A DNA stretch of 49,616 nt from positions 1 through 49,616 of the forward strand of contig JAZDEN010000032.1 of assembly GCA_043808805.1 (NCBI GenBank), in the 5' to 3' direction. Position 1 is the first letter of the stretch; the number at the start of each line of letters is the position of its first letter. Made by a program: the position numbers and the translations under genes. The notes under the pieces were generated by a model that was given only the letters and a program-made list of their open reading frames with translations, ran no database searches and had not been told where the DNA came from. Below are positions 45,974 to 49,616 of the stretch, piece after piece. The stretch is from an archaeon (lineage in GTDB: Archaea; Nanobdellota; Nanobdellia; SCGC-AAA011-G17; VGLX01).

Positions 45974-46027
45974 AAAGCTTTTTATATAAGAAAAACAAAA
46001 GAAATTATCATAAAGAGGTGATAAAAA

Positions 46028-46201
46028 TTGGTTGAATGCACAATTCCTGCAATGTTTGAGTTACAAGTCAAGATAGTTCTTTACATAATGCTCGGAGGCC
46101 TAGTAGGCCTAGTATACGGCCTGAGAAGGGTACTCCTGATGGAAAGAAGAATAATAGAGCTAGAAAAAAGACTAGCAAAAATACTGGAAAGGAAGAGGTG
46201 A
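46028..46201 (+). CDS. small membrane protein (49-57 aa), unknown function
   Basis: An ATG at 46052 gives MFELQVKIVLYIMLGGLVGLVYGLRRVLLMERRIIELEKRLAKILERKR*. An in-frame TTG at 46028 lies 8 nt after GAGGTG. The ORF ends 8 nt before the pilin-like gene. Confidence 0.4.
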   Translation: MVECTIPAMFELQVKIVLYIMLGGLVGLVYGLRRVLLMERRIIELEKRLAKILERKR

Positions 46202-46209
46202 GATAGAAA

Positions 46210-46764
46210 ATGCAAAAAAGAGGAGCATTAGAACTCTCCGTTAACACCATAGTCATAGTGGTTATTGGAGTAGCATTACTCTCATTAGGGTTAATATTCG
46301 TTAGGAACACATTCGGCGGGCTGACAAAGATGTCAGACGACATATTCGGAACTGCAGACACGCAGATAGGAAAACTGCATTCCGGAGCGAGACTGACTGT
46401 ACCGACAACAATAAACGTTAAAACAGGATCAGTGGTCAGGGCAAACATATTTGTAGGTAATGATGGAACAAGATGCACAGCAAACACCTTTAAGCTAACG
46501 CTGGGAGACAGCGGTGCAAGTCAAGTATGTAACACAGGCAGTACGATATGTGCCAAGATAATTTCTAAGGACTCACTAACAATCGCACCTGGTGAAGAGG
46601 GAACGTATGTAGTTGCAGTAGCAGCCACAAAAGCAGCACCATTGTCATCAGGAAATTTAGGGACAGATGTGACAGTGGGAGTGATTGTTACCTGCGGAGG
46701 CAGCGACTATGACACATCCGCATTCACGATAAACGTGCAGAAAGGTGGGGGATTATTCAGTTAA
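46210..46764 (+). CDS. archaeal type IV pilin-like protein (class III signal peptide)
   Basis: 'MQKRGALELSVNTIVIVVIGVALLSLGLIF' is a KRG|A prepilin-peptidase-type motif followed by a hydrophobic helix. The rest is Thr/Gly/Ser-rich and beta-like. Confidence 0.6.
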   Translation: MQKRGALELSVNTIVIVVIGVALLSLGLIFVRNTFGGLTKMSDDIFGTADTQIGKLHSGARLTVPTTINVKTGSVVRANIFVGNDGTRCTANTFKLTLGDSGASQVCNTGSTICAKIISKDSLTIAPGEEGTYVVAVAATKAAPLSSGNLGTDVTVGVIVTCGGSDYDTSAFTINVQKGGGLFS

Positions 46765-46767
46765 TCC

Positions 46768-46780
46768 TTTTTATTTTTTT
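46768..46780 (+). terminator. oligo-T terminator after the pilin-like gene
   Basis: 'TTTTTATTTTTTT' lies 4 nt after the stop at 46764. Confidence 0.45.
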
Positions 46781-47252
46781 AGAATTTATCCTCAGACTTA
46801 TCTTCTTCGCCTTCCCTTCTAATAACCTTGACAGAATCAAGCTTAACAGTAATCGGAATGGGAATGGCTGATTCTAACAACTCGACAACGACCTCGTCCT
46901 TCTGGGTATCAATCCTTGAGACCTTAGCCTTCTCCCTCTTGAAAGGCCCTGAAATTATTTCAACAATGTCATTCTTCTGGATGTTAACTTCCCTCTTAAC
47001 CTGCTCAAGCATGTGCTCAATCTCAGCATACTGAACTTCCTTTGGAAGAAGACCACGAGCATAAGGAATACCCTGGAATGCCTCCTCAGCAATCTCCCTA
47101 TTCTTCGCCTCCATGAAGATGTAACCACGAAGACCATGAGGCCTTATCAGACAATAAACATCAAGACCTTTCTTCTTCGCATTCTCATAGACAAAATCCA
47201 GAACCTGCTCCTCACGGTTAGCAGTAGTCCTCAAAGCAAATATGGGATTCAT
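46779..47252 (-). CDS. spt5: transcription elongation factor Spt5 (NusG homologue)
   Basis: The NGN domain begins 'IFALRTTANREEQV', and the KOW motif is 'DIVEIISGPFKREKAKV'. It follows secE. Confidence 0.85.
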   Translation of the reverse strand: MNPIFALRTTANREEQVLDFVYENAKKKGLDVYCLIRPHGLRGYIFMEAKNREIAEEAFQGIPYARGLLPKEVQYAEIEHMLEQVKREVNIQKNDIVEIISGPFKREKAKVSRIDTQKDEVVVELLESAIPIPITVKLDSVKVIRREGEEDKSEDKF

Positions 47253-47431
47253 CTCAAAAGATCTCCAATAATGAATATAACAAAGCCTATGAAACCAATT
47301 ATCAAAATGCCAATACCGGAGACTTTGACGATAGCCTTGAACTCTTCCTTACCAGGCTTCTTGGTAACGCGAAGAACCCTGCCGCTCTCGGACAAGAACT
47401 CCTTAAACTTAATCATATAGTCTTTCATCAT
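47249..47431 (-). CDS. secE: preprotein translocase SecE / Sec61-gamma
   Basis: 60 aa. Contains 'RVLRVTKKPGKEEF' followed by a single TM. The stop overlaps the spt5 start. Confidence 0.75.
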   Translation of the reverse strand: MMKDYMIKFKEFLSESGRVLRVTKKPGKEEFKAIVKVSGIGILIIGFIGFVIFIIGDLLR

Positions 47432-47480
47432 ATTAAAAGCCGATAAGAAAAAAATTGCGAATTTAGGTATTTAAAGGTTT

Positions 47481-48608
47481 CTATTCAACGAACTCAATCC
47501 CAAGCTGAGAGCCTATCTCAGTCTTCTCTTCCCTAACATGCTTCTTAGGGCCGAAAATCTGCGGAGAGTTAACACCAGTAACGATAAGCATAGCCCTCAA
47601 AGACTTGCCAAGGTCTTCAGATATCATAGCACCCCAGATGATGTTAGCATCCTCATCAAGCTTCTCAGACACGGACTCAACAACCCTCTTAGCCTCTTCC
47701 AGGGTCATGTCAGGACCGCCAGAAACGTTAATCAACGCACCATTAGCACCGGTAATATCAACATCAAGCAAGGGATTATTCAAGGCCTTCTCAACAGCCT
47801 CCATAGCCCTGTTCTCAGTATCAGACTCACCAATACCAATCATAGCCACACCACCCTTACCCATAACAGCCTTGATGTCAGCAAAATCAAGGTTAACAAG
47901 GCCAGTCTTGGTAACAAGATCAGCAATACCCTTAACAGCATTCGTTAATATTTCATCAGCAACCTTGAAGGCAGTCTGCAAAGGCAGGTCAGGAGCTAGT
48001 TCCAATAACTTATCGTTAGGAATAACAATCAAAGTATCAACAATATCCTCCAACCTCTCCAAGCCAAGAATAGCGTTCTCATAACGCCTCTGACCCTCAA
48101 CCTCAAAAGGCAGTGTGACAACAGCAACAGTCAAGGCGCCGGTCTTCTTAGCAATGTCAGCAATCACAGAAGAGGCACCAGTACCAGTACCACCACCCAA
48201 ACCACAGGTAATGAAAACCATGTCAGCACCCAACAACTTCTGTTTGATATCATGCTCAGACTCCTTAGCAGCCTCCTCACCAACATGAGGGATGGAACCA
48301 GCACCCATACCATGAGTCAGGTCCTTACCCAGAAGGACTTTCTCATCAGCACTGGTGTAAAGCAGGTCCTGGGCGTCAGTGTTCATAGCGATGGTCTCAG
48401 CACCACCAATGCCAACCTCAGAAATACGATTAATCGTGTTATTGCCAGCACCACCCACACCAACAACCTTAATCTTAGCCTTCTGCTTCGTAAGCAGCTC
48501 CTCAAGCTCCTCATCAATAGAGGCAAATTTTCTGGGCCCCTGAAGCTTGTTAAAAGCCTCACTCTTGTTAATGTTTAAGTCGGTGTTGCTTGCAAAAGAA
48601 TCCATCAT
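47481..48608 (-). CDS. ftsZ: cell-division GTPase FtsZ
   Basis: Contains '[10 protein letters not shown]', the tubulin signature 'GLGGGTGTG', and 'NLDFADI'. Confidence 0.95.
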   Translation of the reverse strand: MMDSFASNTDLNINKSEAFNKLQGPRKFASIDEELEELLTKQKAKIKVVGVGGAGNNTINRISEVGIGGAETIAMNTDAQDLLYTSADEKVLLGKDLTHGMGAGSIPHVGEEAAKESEHDIKQKLLGADMVFITCGLGGGTGTGASSVIADIAKKTGALTVAVVTLPFEVEGQRRYENAILGLERLEDIVDTLIVIPNDKLLELAPDLPLQTAFKVADEILTNAVKGIADLVTKTGLVNLDFADIKAVMGKGGVAMIGIGESDTENRAMEAVEKALNNPLLDVDITGANGALINVSGGPDMTLEEAKRVVESVSEKLDEDANIIWGAMISEDLGKSLRAMLIVTGVNSPQIFGPKKHVREEKTEIGSQLGIEFVE

Positions 48609-48691
48609 CTCACTCCTTTTCTTTAACCTCTTTATGCCTGAACAAAATTTAGAATATGTTCTATAAATACTTATCTATACTCTAAAAGTTA

Positions 48692-49405
48692 TTATTCTTG
48701 AGCAGTGTCAGAAGCGGGTTTCTTAGGCTTTTTCTCAGAAGACTCCTTCTTCTCAGGTTTCTTGGCTTCAGGCTGCTTAAACTCAAAAGATTTTATGGTG
48801 GGAATAATCTTTTTCAGGTTCTCAGACAAGCCCTTTGCAATGATATCAGGCAGGTCCAATGGAATCTTAGCAAGGCCCTCCTCAATCTTTATGTCAGGAG
48901 ACATGTTGAAATGCAACTCAAAGAAAGACTTCAGCTTCTCCAGGTCATCATCAACCTTCCTAATAATCTCAACATCATATACCAAATCATGACCTGAATA
49001 AGGATGATTGAAATCGACCAATGTTCTACCGCCACTAACACTCCTTATAACACCAACAGAATTGTTAACAGTAACCTGCAAGCCCGGAAAAGGATTTATT
49101 TTCTGCTGGATGAAAACAGAAGTGGGAACAAGACGCATCATCTTAGGATTCTTCCTGCCAAAACCCCTATCCATAGGAACCTCAACCGTGTAAACCTTGC
49201 CAACCTCCTTGCCAGCCAGAGAATCATCAAGACCCTTAACAACATCACCGCTGCCAACACATATTATAACAGGCTTAAAAGTAAGCTTAGGATTGAAGTC
49301 ATGCTCCTTGGCAACCTTCGCATCAGTAAGGTCAAAGATCTGATTATTATCCTTAAACTTACCAACATAATTAATCTCAATGAAATCGTGTAACTTAACC
49401 TGCAT
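48692..49405 (-). CDS. FKBP-type peptidyl-prolyl cis-trans isomerase (long archaeal type, Lys/Glu-rich tail)
   Basis: Contains 'DFIEINYVGKFKDNNQIFD', 'DVVKGLDDSLAGKEVG' and 'NHPYSGHDLVYDVEI'. The start is taken at ATG 49405. Confidence 0.8.
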   Translation of the reverse strand: MQVKLHDFIEINYVGKFKDNNQIFDLTDAKVAKEHDFNPKLTFKPVIICVGSGDVVKGLDDSLAGKEVGKVYTVEVPMDRGFGRKNPKMMRLVPTSVFIQQKINPFPGLQVTVNNSVGVIRSVSGGRTLVDFNHPYSGHDLVYDVEIIRKVDDDLEKLKSFFELHFNMSPDIKIEEGLAKIPLDLPDIIAKGLSENLKKIIPTIKSFEFKQPEAKKPEKKESSEKKPKKPASDTAQE

Positions 49406-49461
49406 AAAATAAAAAGCTATAAGCAAAGTATTTAAAGCTTTTTATGCAAAAATTCTAGTAT

Positions 49462-49584
49462 GCGGGAGTGCCGGAGTGGCCAAACGGGATAGCCTCAAGA
49501 TAATTGAAAAATGAGCCCAAAAGGCGATGATATAAGAAAGCTATTGGCTTAGTGCCTACGCAGGTTCGAACCCTGTCTCCCGCA
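49462..49584 (+). tRNA. tRNA-Leu(CAA) with a 39-nt intron at the canonical 37/38 position (about 49500-49538)
   Basis: Acceptor GCGGGAG/CTCCCGC plus discriminator A. 3-bp D-stem CCG/CGG. Anticodon stem ATAGC/GCTAT with loop CTCAAG[intron]A. Long variable arm TGGCTTAGTGCCTAC. T-arm GCAGG-TTCGAAC-CCTGT. Confidence 0.75.
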
Positions 49585-49616
49585 ATAAAAAACATGAAAG
49601 TCAAAAAAGTTCTGAT

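Noticed and set aside
49500-49538. Possible box C/D sRNA inside the tRNA-Leu intron (GATGATA, TGAG)
   Set aside because: 39 nt is too short for a C/D RNA. There is no exact RUGAUGA / CUGA pair and no terminal stem.
49594-49616. ATG AAA GTC AAA AAA GTT CTG .. ORF start at the window edge
   Set aside because: Only 7 codons are visible, which is too little to call.

Overview
This 49.6 kb window is an archaeal chromosome segment. The archaeal markers are eL43/L37Ae, RpoP, prefoldin beta, L7Ae, S28e, L24e, Spt5, SecE/Sec61-gamma, FtsZ with SepF, SecF-SecD gene order, and BRE/TATA promoters with GGAGG leaders. The small compact genes, ribosomal-protein extensions, AMP phosphorylase and intron-bearing tRNAs suggest a DPANN-like lineage, but that is inference only.

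I call about 63 CDS and 2 tRNAs. Most are housekeeping genes: thrS, gltX, ppsA, AMP phosphorylase, dcd, ugd plus a UXS-like gene, ndk, a MacB-type ABC module, ribosomal proteins and secretion/division genes. I saw no CRISPR array, transposase, integrase or rRNA.

Main observations:
1. 28.3-34.1 kb holds a native-looking divergent block of unrecognised genes. One side is a 476-aa helical protein, a 615-aa Endo IV/xylose-isomerase-like TIM barrel split by a large insertion, and a nucleotidyltransferase. The other side is three tandem ~165-aa paralogs. This is my best candidate for an undescribed system.
2. 1.8-3.6 kb is a low-GC, codon-atypical three-gene islet that includes an HExxH + nucleotidyltransferase fusion.
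3. Synonymous codon choice depends on gene orientation across the whole window. Plus-strand genes end codons in A/C, and minus-strand genes end them in G/T.
4. tRNA-Pro carries a 33-nt intron in the T-loop (position 59/60).
5. Bacterial-type envelope genes are present in an archaeal context (an SLT-LysM lytic transglycosylase and LspA).
6. A near-identical promoter/leader cassette recurs, and an odd GC-rich periodic element follows ppsA.

All functional calls rest on motifs read by eye. No database search was possible.
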